Shown here: positions 8,688 to 15,061 of the stretch, piece by piece | Numbering within the stretch: the first letter of the stretch is position 1 | Layout of the letters: each line of letters begins with the position of its first letter | Made by a program: the position numbers and the translations under genes | Virus record (IMG/VR): IMGVR_UViG_3300043570_001178 | Coordinates: 1-30,820 of that record | Source of the DNA: a virus | Taxonomy: Duplodnaviria; Caudoviricetes | Direction: 5' to 3' (one strand) | DNA length: 30,820 nt | The notes under the pieces: generated by a model | The model's database searches: none | Seen by the model: the letters and a program-made list of their open reading frames with translations, nothing else | Told to the model about the DNA's origin: nothing

Positions 8688-8821
8688 TTTGTACTAGATG
8701 CAGAGCAGGTGGCACAGCCAACTCAGTGGGTGACGTAGCAATCGCAATTCTATTTCATGCAGAATGTGAATACAAAGATTGCACATGCCAGCATAAGACA
8801 GGCAAGTACGTCAAAAAATAA
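8684..8821 (+). CDS. Small Cys/His-rich protein (45 aa)
   Basis: Not in the ORF track. ATGA overlap. MICTRCRAGG...HAECEYKDCTCQHKTGKYVKK. Confidence 0.65.
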   Translation: MICTRCRAGGTANSVGDVAIAILFHAECEYKDCTCQHKTGKYVKK

Positions 8822-8825
8822 GCAT

Positions 8826-8862
8826 AAAAATAGCCCCCCACCCAATTAAGGATGAGGGGCTA
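8826..8862 (-). terminator. Intrinsic terminator ending the early (minus-strand) operon
   Basis: Minus strand reads TAGCCCCTCATCC-TTAATT-GGGTGGGGGGCTA-TTTTT, at the point where the two gene blocks converge. Confidence 0.85.
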
Positions 8863-8895
8863 CGAGTCTACCGCCTTCCAAGAGCAGACTCAGGT

Positions 8896-8910
8896 GGTCG
8901 GAAACCGACC
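8896..8910. repeat. Dispersed palindrome copy 1 (GGTCGGAAACCGACC)
   Basis: Exact sequence. Intergenic. Confidence 0.95.
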
Positions 8911-8943
8911 ACTTAATACTAGGTAAGTCCCAAAATTACCTAC

Positions 8944-9096
8944 CTAGTAATCTCTTACTATGTTTAGTACTGTTAGAGTACCTCTATACTCTATGCTAGC
9001 CCAGAGCGTATCTTTTAATTGCTGTTCAGATAGTGGCTCTTTGCGTTCTTCTTCTGTGTCCATGATAGTAACTGAGAAAGTATAAGGTTTACTCAT
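8944..9096 (-). CDS. Hypothetical protein (50 aa)
   Basis: Not in the ORF track. MSKPYTFSVTIMDTEEERKEPLSEQQLKDTLWASIEYRGTLTVLNIVRDY. Overlaps the upstream gene end. Confidence 0.55.
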   Translation of the reverse strand: MSKPYTFSVTIMDTEEERKEPLSEQQLKDTLWASIEYRGTLTVLNIVRDY

Positions 9097-9193
9097 CTCC
9101 CCACATCCTATCAGGTTCTTGATATCCTTCTTCTTCTTCTTCTTCGTCCTTGCCTAGTGCTATGTCATCATCTAATGGTGGCTCGTATGACAT
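9089..9193 (-). CDS. Very acidic micro-protein (34 aa)
   Basis: Not in the ORF track. AAGGAG SD. MSYEPPLDDDIALGKDEEEEEEGYQEPDRMWGDE. Confidence 0.65.
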   Translation of the reverse strand: MSYEPPLDDDIALGKDEEEEEEGYQEPDRMWGDE

Positions 9194-9202
9194 TTTATCT
9201 CC

Positions 9203-9364
9203 TTAGTGTAGTGATGGTGGATAGATTGGATATGCAACACAGTTAATAAGTTTAGAGCCGAACTCTAGTGCCTTATCAACTGTCTCAAAGACTCCATAGA
9301 TAACGACTTCGCCATCATCTAATGTAGTGCTTGTTACATAACCTACGGGTTGTTGTTCACTCAT
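9203..9364 (-). CDS. Hypothetical protein (53 aa)
   Basis: Not in the ORF track. GAGAGG SD. MSEQQPVGYVTSTTLDDGEVVIYGVFETVDKALEFG... Confidence 0.65.
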   Translation of the reverse strand: MSEQQPVGYVTSTTLDDGEVVIYGVFETVDKALEFGSKLINCVAYPIYPPSLH

Positions 9365-9378
9365 TGTCGTGCCTCTCT

Positions 9379-9393
9379 GGTCGGAAACCGACC
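9379..9393. repeat. Dispersed palindrome copy 2 (GGTCGGAAACCGACC)
   Basis: Exact sequence. Lies between a stop codon (9395) and the next SD. Confidence 0.95.
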
Positions 9394-9394
9394 A

Positions 9395-9517
9395 CTATAG
9401 TGCAATCCATAAGATTACACCTACTGCGGTTAGTGTTGCGATTGAAGTCCAAAGCATGAGAAGCAGTTGCTCACCCACACTTTCAACGAAGTGGTCATTG
9501 TCGTGATTGGTGTACAT
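9395..9517 (-). CDS. Small membrane protein (40 aa)
   Basis: Not in the ORF track. TAATG coupling to whiB. MYTNHDNDHFVESVGEQLLLMLWTSIATLTAVGVILWIAL. Confidence 0.6.
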   Translation of the reverse strand: MYTNHDNDHFVESVGEQLLLMLWTSIATLTAVGVILWIAL

Positions 9518-9855
9518 TATTCTCCCATGTTATGTGGTACGCCATAGCAAGAAGACTCATAGGTATCTGTCCAATTCATTGGATTCATCCTTAGACCCTT
9601 CTGCATAGCGTGTCTTTCTAGTCTGTCCATGCCACCCCAAATACCAGTAAGGTTGAAGTATTGCAGAGCGTAATCTCTACACTCTTGCTTAGCAGGACAT
9701 ACAGAACAGATGTCGCGAGCAAGCGTAGCCTCAGGAGTGTGACTCCATTTGCGACCACGACCTGCTAACTCTTGCGGATGCCACCAATCAGGATTGTAAC
9801 CCTTGTCTGAGCATAGTGCCTGATTGGTGAACATTGGTATGTGATTATCAAACAT
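9517..9855 (-). CDS. whiB: WhiB-family Fe-S transcription factor
   Basis: ALC...ARDICSVCPAKQECRDYAL...GIWGG: four Cys plus the G[IV]WGG turn. Confidence 0.93.
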   Translation of the reverse strand: MFDNHIPMFTNQALCSDKGYNPDWWHPQELAGRGRKWSHTPEATLARDICSVCPAKQECRDYALQYFNLTGIWGGMDRLERHAMQKGLRMNPMNWTDTYESSCYGVPHNMGE

Positions 9856-10000
9856 CTATACCACCTGTGGTCGGAAACCGACCAGTTGCAATCTTATCCC
9901 ATGCACAGGCGTTACAGTAGTTGCGTTCTGCTAGGTCGTGCGCCTCGACAACTAAGTCGAGGTCACACTTCCAGCATTTAGTATTTTTATAGTTGGTCAT
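9848..10000 (-). CDS. Small zinc-finger protein (50 aa)
   Basis: Not in the ORF track. ATGA overlap. MTNYKNTKCWKCDLDLVVEAHDLAERNYCNACAWDKIATGRFPTTGGIDV. Confidence 0.65.
   Translation of the reverse strand: MTNYKNTKCWKCDLDLVVEAHDLAERNYCNACAWDKIATGRFPTTGGIDV
9869..9883. repeat. Dispersed palindrome copy 3 (GGTCGGAAACCGACC)
   Basis: Exact sequence. Inside the 9848-10000 ORF and just upstream of the whiB start. Confidence 0.95.
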
Positions 10001-10188
10001 GCGTGACCTTCCATTGGTAGTTGTTGGGCAAGTCCTGCATAGTGCGTGGCTCGCGCTATGAGTCTTGCGTGTTCGGTTGTATCTCCCTGCTTGAGTGCTT
10101 GTTCGGCATCATGCAGGAATAGTTCAGCGCGTACACCATAATAGTACGGTGTAGGCGGTACAGGGATGTGTCTAGGTTGATTACTCAC
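9997..10188 (-). CDS. Hypothetical protein
   Basis: GTG 10188 overlaps the amidotransferase stop (GTGA). Confidence 0.6.
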   Translation of the reverse strand: MSNQPRHIPVPPTPYYYGVRAELFLHDAEQALKQGDTTEHARLIARATHYAGLAQQLPMEGHA

Positions 10189-11018
10189 CAGCCCCACGCC
10201 CCTTGCGTATCAGAGTTCCACCAGTTGCCACCCTTGCTAGAGTTGCTACCTTGATAGCATAGGCAATCGGTCTTGTAGACCATGCACATCCAACAACTAC
10301 CACAAGTAGGGCAGAAGTCTATTGCAGCAGGGTCTTTGGGCTTATCAAGTAGCACTGTGTCGCATACTTTGCAGTCAGCATAGAACTCCTCATCATCCGT
10401 AAGTCCGAAACTTGTTGGACTGATAGTGCGCCATGTGTTGCCGTAGGTAGATAGATAGCATGAGTCGTTAGACCACCACACACCTGATTCATCTACCTTG
10501 CCCTTGTTTTCGTGGATGAGGTAGCACTGAGCCTCAGCGCGTGGGTCTACTGTGAGGATACAGACCTTAGAGCCTGAGGTAAAGTCCTCCATGAGATTGA
10601 ATACTTGGTCGTTATCTAGTGCAGATACACCACCGATAGCAGGTAGTAAGTCCTCGGCAAAGATACGAGTGTCGCTACGCAGGTCACCTTGCGGTTCGAC
10701 AATAGGCAGGATGCCATTGTGTGCTAGGTAGGTACGCTCATCATGACCTACCTTGAATGGGTGACAGTTGTCTACTGTCGTTGAGCCATGAGTGGCTAGT
10801 CGTGCGTGCCACATAGCGTATCCCTCAGGATACTTAGCACGCATCTCTAAGAAGCGATTGATAGAAGTGTCTGCGTTCATAGTGCGCTCACTATGGATAC
10901 GATTCTCACTAGGTACTACGATAGCGAAACCAAATCCGTGTGGATTGTTGAGCGCAGAGTTTTCTAACTTCTCACGTGACGGAATTACATTGGGTGGGAT
11001 TACACATAACATACACAT
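10185..11018 (-). CDS. Class II (Ntn) glutamine amidotransferase-like protein with C-terminal Cys-rich domain
   Basis: N-terminal Met-Cys, NPHGFG, HARLATHG, NCHPF, AHNG and SDT motifs. Confidence 0.9.
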   Translation of the reverse strand: MCMLCVIPPNVIPSREKLENSALNNPHGFGFAIVVPSENRIHSERTMNADTSINRFLEMRAKYPEGYAMWHARLATHGSTTVDNCHPFKVGHDERTYLAHNGILPIVEPQGDLRSDTRIFAEDLLPAIGGVSALDNDQVFNLMEDFTSGSKVCILTVDPRAEAQCYLIHENKGKVDESGVWWSNDSCYLSTYGNTWRTISPTSFGLTDDEEFYADCKVCDTVLLDKPKDPAAIDFCPTCGSCWMCMVYKTDCLCYQGSNSSKGGNWWNSDTQGAWGW

Positions 11019-11036
11019 TGGCTTACTCTTTTCTGT

Positions 11037-11051
11037 GGTCGGAAACCGACC
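11037..11051. repeat. Dispersed palindrome copy 4 (GGTCGGAAACCGACC)
   Basis: Exact sequence. In the 35-bp gap between the amidoligase and amidotransferase genes. Confidence 0.95.
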
Positions 11052-11053
11052 AC

Positions 11054-12532
11054 CTAGTTTTCGTTAGGTGTTGCATCAGAGGCGAACGATTCGCTCATGA
11101 TTAGTGCTAGGTTGGGATAAGTCTCAAGGTTATCTGATACATACGCGGTGAAGCGTAACCATGTCAGGGCTTGATTCTTGGATGTGACCTTGAGGTCACG
11201 AGTGTACTCAACGGATGCAGTAACGAACTCAAGGGCAGATAGCACCCTCTCCTTGCGTAGTGAACCCTTGAACACGCGTACTTCTAGCGTTGCATCATTC
11301 TCGGTGTTGATAGCCGAGTATCTGCCGTTGGATTGGTTGCCGAACTTAACCTTGCCGACAAGTTTGCCCTTGTCTTGGAAGGTTGCATAGTGATTGCCAC
11401 TACGCCCAGCGATACGCTCAACCTGTCGTTGGTTATCGTAGACAAGTTTCATGAATCGTAACTCATGAGCCTGTCGCTTGAGGATAAGTTGGTCGCGGTC
11501 AGCCCTACCCCATGGACTTTCACCAGTACCAAAAGCGGTACGAGATACATGCACATGAAGCCCACACGTGTCGGTATTCCATGAACGGAACCCTTCACGC
11601 TTGAGTTTAGGGATGAAGTCCCAGTTGAAGTCAGTCTGATAAGCCTCAAGCGTATGCGGATGGGTGACTACCTCGAAACCATCAGAGAGTGAGCCATCAT
11701 CTTTCATGTACGCATGAGAGCCTAGTATGCCTTCGACTAAGGCTGCGCCCTCATAGCGTGAGGTATCGCGTGACTCGACCTCTAACTCAAAGCCGAGATA
11801 GTATTGACCCTTGCCAAAGAAGTACGGGCTAGGTCGGTACGAGTAACTATGGATAGAACCATTGTCCTCATCCTCAGGCTCCGAACAGTCGTGTCCGTTG
11901 CCATCCCAATACTCCTCACTACATTCATCACACGTGTAGACATAGTTATCGTGGCAATTCTGACAGTAAAGTGTGTCGTCATACCATGCGCCATTGTCAT
12001 TATGGAATGTGTCATCACAGGATGGACAGGTTGAGAAGTTATGACTCCCACCATTCTCGTCATAGTAGGTTGAGGTACAACTGTCACAACGCATGTCTCC
12101 CTCTATCTGAGTGAGTGTCACGAATTGTGAGTTAGTGATTGGCGATAATATACGCCAGTCTCTATTGCGTGTAGTTGCATAGACTGTATTGCAATCTGTA
12201 CAACTGTGAGAGTGAGCAGATTTGGTTGAACAAGCGAGGTGAACTGTCACCTGTGTCTCTGCATCTGCTAGGTAAGCAGATATGAAAGACCAGCGATGGT
12301 CGGAATCCGACCGCTCACCTATGAACTCAGGTCTATTACAAGCATCACAGGTTGGAGTCTCGTCCATGAGTGGGATTCTTGGGATAGGTTCGTTACGATA
12401 GTAACTGTGGCAATCTCTACAACGCGGAACCTGCTCAGCGCCATAGTCGGATTCGGATATTACGAATAGGAACTCGGACATGCTGCAACGGTGACAGACG
12501 CCGATACCTATAAAACCGTAGCCTTCGGTCAT
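11054..12532 (-). CDS. Putative amidoligase (COOH-NH2 ligase, glutamine-synthetase-like fold) with N-terminal CxxC repeats
   Basis: GFELEVE, DGSL..GFEVVTHP, TCGLHVHVSR, RYSAIN and TLEVRVFKGSL motifs. Multiple CxxC pairs in the first ~215 aa. Confidence 0.85.
   Translation of the reverse strand: MTEGYGFIGIGVCHRCSMSEFLFVISESDYGAEQVPRCRDCHSYYRNEPIPRIPLMDETPTCDACNRPEFIGERSDSDHRWSFISAYLADAETQVTVHLACSTKSAHSHSCTDCNTVYATTRNRDWRILSPITNSQFVTLTQIEGDMRCDSCTSTYYDENGGSHNFSTCPSCDDTFHNDNGAWYDDTLYCQNCHDNYVYTCDECSEEYWDGNGHDCSEPEDEDNGSIHSYSYRPSPYFFGKGQYYLGFELEVESRDTSRYEGAALVEGILGSHAYMKDDGSLSDGFEVVTHPHTLEAYQTDFNWDFIPKLKREGFRSWNTDTCGLHVHVSRTAFGTGESPWGRADRDQLILKRQAHELRFMKLVYDNQRQVERIAGRSGNHYATFQDKGKLVGKVKFGNQSNGRYSAINTENDATLEVRVFKGSLRKERVLSALEFVTASVEYTRDLKVTSKNQALTWLRFTAYVSDNLETYPNLALIMSESFASDATPNEN
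12298..12312. repeat. Dispersed palindrome copy 5 (GGTCGGAATCCGACC)
   Basis: Exact sequence. Inside the amidoligase CDS (RSDSDH). Confidence 0.95.
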
Positions 12533-12741
12533 AATTCCACATACCCTTCTACTATTGCATGGACAAGGCTTTCTTCTTCTGCGGTGGCTATCTCAGCATA
12601 AGCCTCAGCCACTCGGTTGAACAGCATGGCATAACTATCTCTGCGATAGTCGGTCATGCGTTCATCGCTATCTAGCAGTTCGCTTACGGCTTCTAAGCCA
12701 ATAAGCACCATGAGCAAGTCGTTCTTGCCTTCTAGTTCCAT
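12529..12741 (-). CDS. Hypothetical acidic protein
   Basis: AAGGAG SD. ATGA overlap with the amidoligase start. Confidence 0.7.
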   Translation of the reverse strand: MELEGKNDLLMVLIGLEAVSELLDSDERMTDYRRDSYAMLFNRVAEAYAEIATAEEESLVHAIVEGYVEL

Positions 12742-12743
12742 GA

Positions 12744-13136
12744 TTACTCATCTCCTTCATAGTGATAGTCAGAGTGTGTGATTATGACGAACTTACGATA
12801 ATCATCATCCCAAGTGAATGAGTCGTAGATAGTCTGGTCGGTTTCCGACCGCAATTCGTCAATGAAGTTAGCCATGCTTTCTGTATCGTCCACATAGCCG
12901 AACATTGGCGCGGTTCTGAAGGTACTGAAGCCACACATCAGGGTTGAGTGTGGTATGCCGTCTAAATCTGTATCAACAGTAACGACATAGATTTTGCCTT
13001 CATAGGTCATGTGGGTGCTTCTATCTCCGATTAGCATAATGCAATCAAGAAAGTTATTAGAGCGAGTAGACTCTAAGATGGATGCATCATAACCAAAGTG
13101 AGTTTCATAGGCTTCGAACCATGTCACTTTAGCCAT
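12744..13136 (-). CDS. Hypothetical protein
   Basis: 130-aa ORF tightly packed in the early operon. Confidence 0.7.
   Translation of the reverse strand: MAKVTWFEAYETHFGYDASILESTRSNNFLDCIMLIGDRSTHMTYEGKIYVVTVDTDLDGIPHSTLMCGFSTFRTAPMFGYVDDTESMANFIDELRSETDQTIYDSFTWDDDYRKFVIITHSDYHYEGDE
12836..12850. repeat. Dispersed palindrome copy 6 (GGTCGGTTTCCGACC, flipped spacer)
   Basis: Exact sequence. Inside the 130-aa CDS (RSETDQ). Confidence 0.95.
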
Positions 13137-13138
13137 GA

Positions 13139-13291
13139 TTACTTACCTGCCTTGCTATCTAGCCATGCTTTGCGGTATGAGTCGCGAGACTGTGTGATGC
13201 GTGCGTTAGCGATTGCGGTGGTGATTACGAGTGTTACAGATACTACTAGCGCAATCATGACTGCTAGTAGGTCGAGTGTAGTTAGGTACAT
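13139..13291 (-). CDS. Small membrane protein (50 aa)
   Basis: Not in the ORF track. GAAAGG SD. MYLTTLDLLAVMIALVVSVTLVITTAIANARITQSRDSYRKAWLDSKAGK. Confidence 0.7.
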   Translation of the reverse strand: MYLTTLDLLAVMIALVVSVTLVITTAIANARITQSRDSYRKAWLDSKAGK

Positions 13292-13310
13292 TTGGAACCT
13301 TTCGGGTAGT

Positions 13311-13325
13311 GGTCGGAATCCGACC
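13311..13325. repeat. Dispersed palindrome copy 7 (GGTCGGAATCCGACC)
   Basis: Exact sequence. In the 5' leader, between the promoter and the first SD. Confidence 0.95.
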
Positions 13326-13359
13326 AGTTAATGAGGACATAGTTATCCCCATTGAGATA

Positions 13360-13388
13360 AGAATACGCTAGTGGCTAACCAATGTCAA
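13360..13388 (-). promoter_or_regulatory. Host sigma-A type early promoter
   Basis: Minus strand TTGACA (13388-13383), 17 nt, TATTCT (13365-13360). Confidence 0.8.
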
Positions 13389-13399
13389 ATGGTCAGGGC

Positions 13400-13540
13400 A
13401 CGACTACGGCTACCCTAACCCGACACAAACCTTTCGCGCCTTTATCTATTCCCCCCTAAAAAATAAGATTCAGCAGACGACTACGGCTATCCCCCCTTGC
13501 CCCGACACAAACCATCCGACACAAACTGTCGGACACAAAC
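13400..13540. repeat. Direct-repeat cluster upstream of the early promoter
   Basis: ACGACTACGGCTA at 13400 and 13477. GACACAAAC at 13422, 13504, 13518 and 13532. Confidence 0.85.
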
Positions 13541-13578
13541 CTTTTTTTTTGGCGCGCCGTCCGCGTGCGGACATGGCG

Positions 13579-13610
13579 AAACCCCCCACCCCCGAAAGGG
13601 TGAGGGGTCT
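13579..13610 (-). terminator. Terminator-like hairpin after the first early gene
   Basis: Minus strand ACCCCTCACCCT-TTCG-GGGGTGGGGGGT with only a short T tail. Confidence 0.65.
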
Positions 13611-13625
13611 GGTCGGAAACCGACC
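13611..13625. repeat. Dispersed palindrome copy 8 (GGTCGGAAACCGACC)
   Basis: Exact sequence. Between the stop codon at 13633 and the hairpin. Confidence 0.95.
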
Positions 13626-13632
13626 GCCTAAA

Positions 13633-14286
13633 TTATGCGCTTGCCTTCACAGGATGCGCGACTGATAGAGCGCGAGAGTTGGCAATCTGAGCCTTAATCA
13701 AGCGACCCAGTTTTTCAGCGTTCTCGAAATTGTGAACCAGTGCCTTGTCACCTTCCAATTCTTGAAAGAGTCCAAGCGCAAGAGTTACAACCGCATCAAA
13801 ATCAACCGCGGCCGCTTTCATTTTCGCGGAAATTTCTTTCTCGGATGCTGTCTCCTTACCTGCTGAGCGTGTCTCGGCTTCTGCCTTGTCCTCGGTTAAA
13901 CCGTCCACAATTTTACCAAAATCAGCGAATGAGCGCGCAATCTGCACATTCTCCTTGAACTCAGCCTTACTCATAACGCGGAGCGCATCTTGGGTAGTGG
14001 TGACGAGTTTCTTAACGTTCACCTTCTCGCCACCTTTCAGGCTTCCCAAGTTGTAAGCATCCACGACATATGAACGCCATGAACCCTTAGCGAAAGTCGA
14101 ACCCTCGCAAGCCTCAACAGTTGCAGCCCATCCACGAGTTGAAAGTGAACCAGCGATAACCATTTCAGCGGACTTATCGAACCAAGCGCGAAATGCGCCC
14201 TCGTTAATAGTTGCACCCAATTCGAGCGCAAGAGCCTTGTTCGCTGTGTCTTCTGTCTTTACTTGCTTTGATGTTGCAGTTGTCAT
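13633..14286 (-). CDS. First early protein (217 aa), function unknown
   Basis: ATG 14286 (MTTATSKQ...) is preferred over the track start at 14496 because a promoter lies at about 14339-14367. Ala/Lys/Glu-rich, helical-looking. Confidence 0.75.
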   Translation of the reverse strand: MTTATSKQVKTEDTANKALALELGATINEGAFRAWFDKSAEMVIAGSLSTRGWAATVEACEGSTFAKGSWRSYVVDAYNLGSLKGGEKVNVKKLVTTTQDALRVMSKAEFKENVQIARSFADFGKIVDGLTEDKAEAETRSAGKETASEKEISAKMKAAAVDFDAVVTLALGLFQELEGDKALVHNFENAEKLGRLIKAQIANSRALSVAHPVKASA

Positions 14287-14338
14287 GATTTTTTTTCCAT
14301 TTCCACCATTCGAGACGTTCGCCCGACTTGATAAGAGA

Positions 14339-14367
14339 ATCTTCTCATACATCCAAACCAATGTCAA
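14339..14367 (-). promoter_or_regulatory. Second early promoter candidate
   Basis: Minus strand TTGACA, 17 nt, GAAGAT preceded by TGn. Shares TTTGACATTGGTT (13 bp) with the promoter at 13388. Confidence 0.6.
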
Positions 14368-14380
14368 AACACCACGACCA

Positions 14381-14526
14381 AAGCCCAAACGGTCGGAATC
14401 CGACCACCAACCAGCCCCGAAGGAATACCCCTCAAAGCCCGTAGGAAGCCCATAGAAGCCCGAACGGAAAGCCCCGAGCAGATAGTCACCCAACACAAAC
14501 CCCCACGCATAAGCCCCAACACAAAA
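14381..14526. repeat. Short imperfect repeat array (AAGCCC and CCCAACACAAA)
   Basis: AAGCCC at 14381, 14435, 14446, 14456, 14469 and 14511. CCCAACACAAA at 14489 and 14515. Confidence 0.7.
14391..14405. repeat. Dispersed palindrome copy 9 (GGTCGGAATCCGACC)
   Basis: Exact sequence. About 24 bp upstream of the -35 element at 14367. Confidence 0.95.
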
Positions 14527-15061
14527 TAAAATCGCCTCGCCGCTAAAGCGGCTCGGTGTCTGCCGATGGTTACTACATCGCGCAGCGAAATACTAAAAGC
14601 GCGGGGGGGCAAAGCCCCCCTCGACCCCCCAAGAACGCGAATGTGCTCGTCCCTCGCACTCCTATTCGCCAGAAATACTTCGTGGTCGCAGTGGCGACCC
14701 CAGTGCTATTAATACGGTCCCCGTATATATATACACTATCGCCTAAAATTATTTTTACAGTATTTAGGCTCTAGTGTCCCGTATTGTCCGTATTGGTAGT
14801 ATATTTCTAGTGACTTTAGTCACATTTGGTATATACTACCGTTCGGTTTTTGTATTTGAACGGGTTAGTATATATGTACGGATAAACGAACGGCAACTAC
14901 GTAGTGAGTTTATCTAACTGTGAGTGGGTGGCTAAGACAGACCGTAAGGGCTGGCTTGGATGCCAGCCACGAACACACGGGGGTTAGCGAGGCTTGTTCA
15001 CAAGCCGAGCGGTAAAGGGGTAATAACCCCGTTTTCATATAGGGGTTTTATAGGAGGAGTC

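Noticed and set aside
8896-14405. Palindromic repeats as a CRISPR array or integron cassette array
   Set aside because: Spacing is irregular (300-1261 bp), the repeat is only 15-17 bp, three copies are inside genes, and there is no cas operon or integrase. The Cas4-like nuclease is a common stand-alone phage gene.
14287-14496. N-terminal 70-aa extension of the 287-aa track ORF
   Set aside because: It spans a promoter candidate and the repeat array. ATG 14286 is the more plausible start.
14237-14774. Track ORFs 14237-14455, 14364-14612 and 14556-14774
   Set aside because: No SD and no protein-like features. They translate the repeat or regulatory DNA.
14960-15061. Upstream start for the terminase
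   Set aside because: The strong AGGAGGAG SD precedes ATG 15062, and the extension covers hairpin-rich leader sequence.
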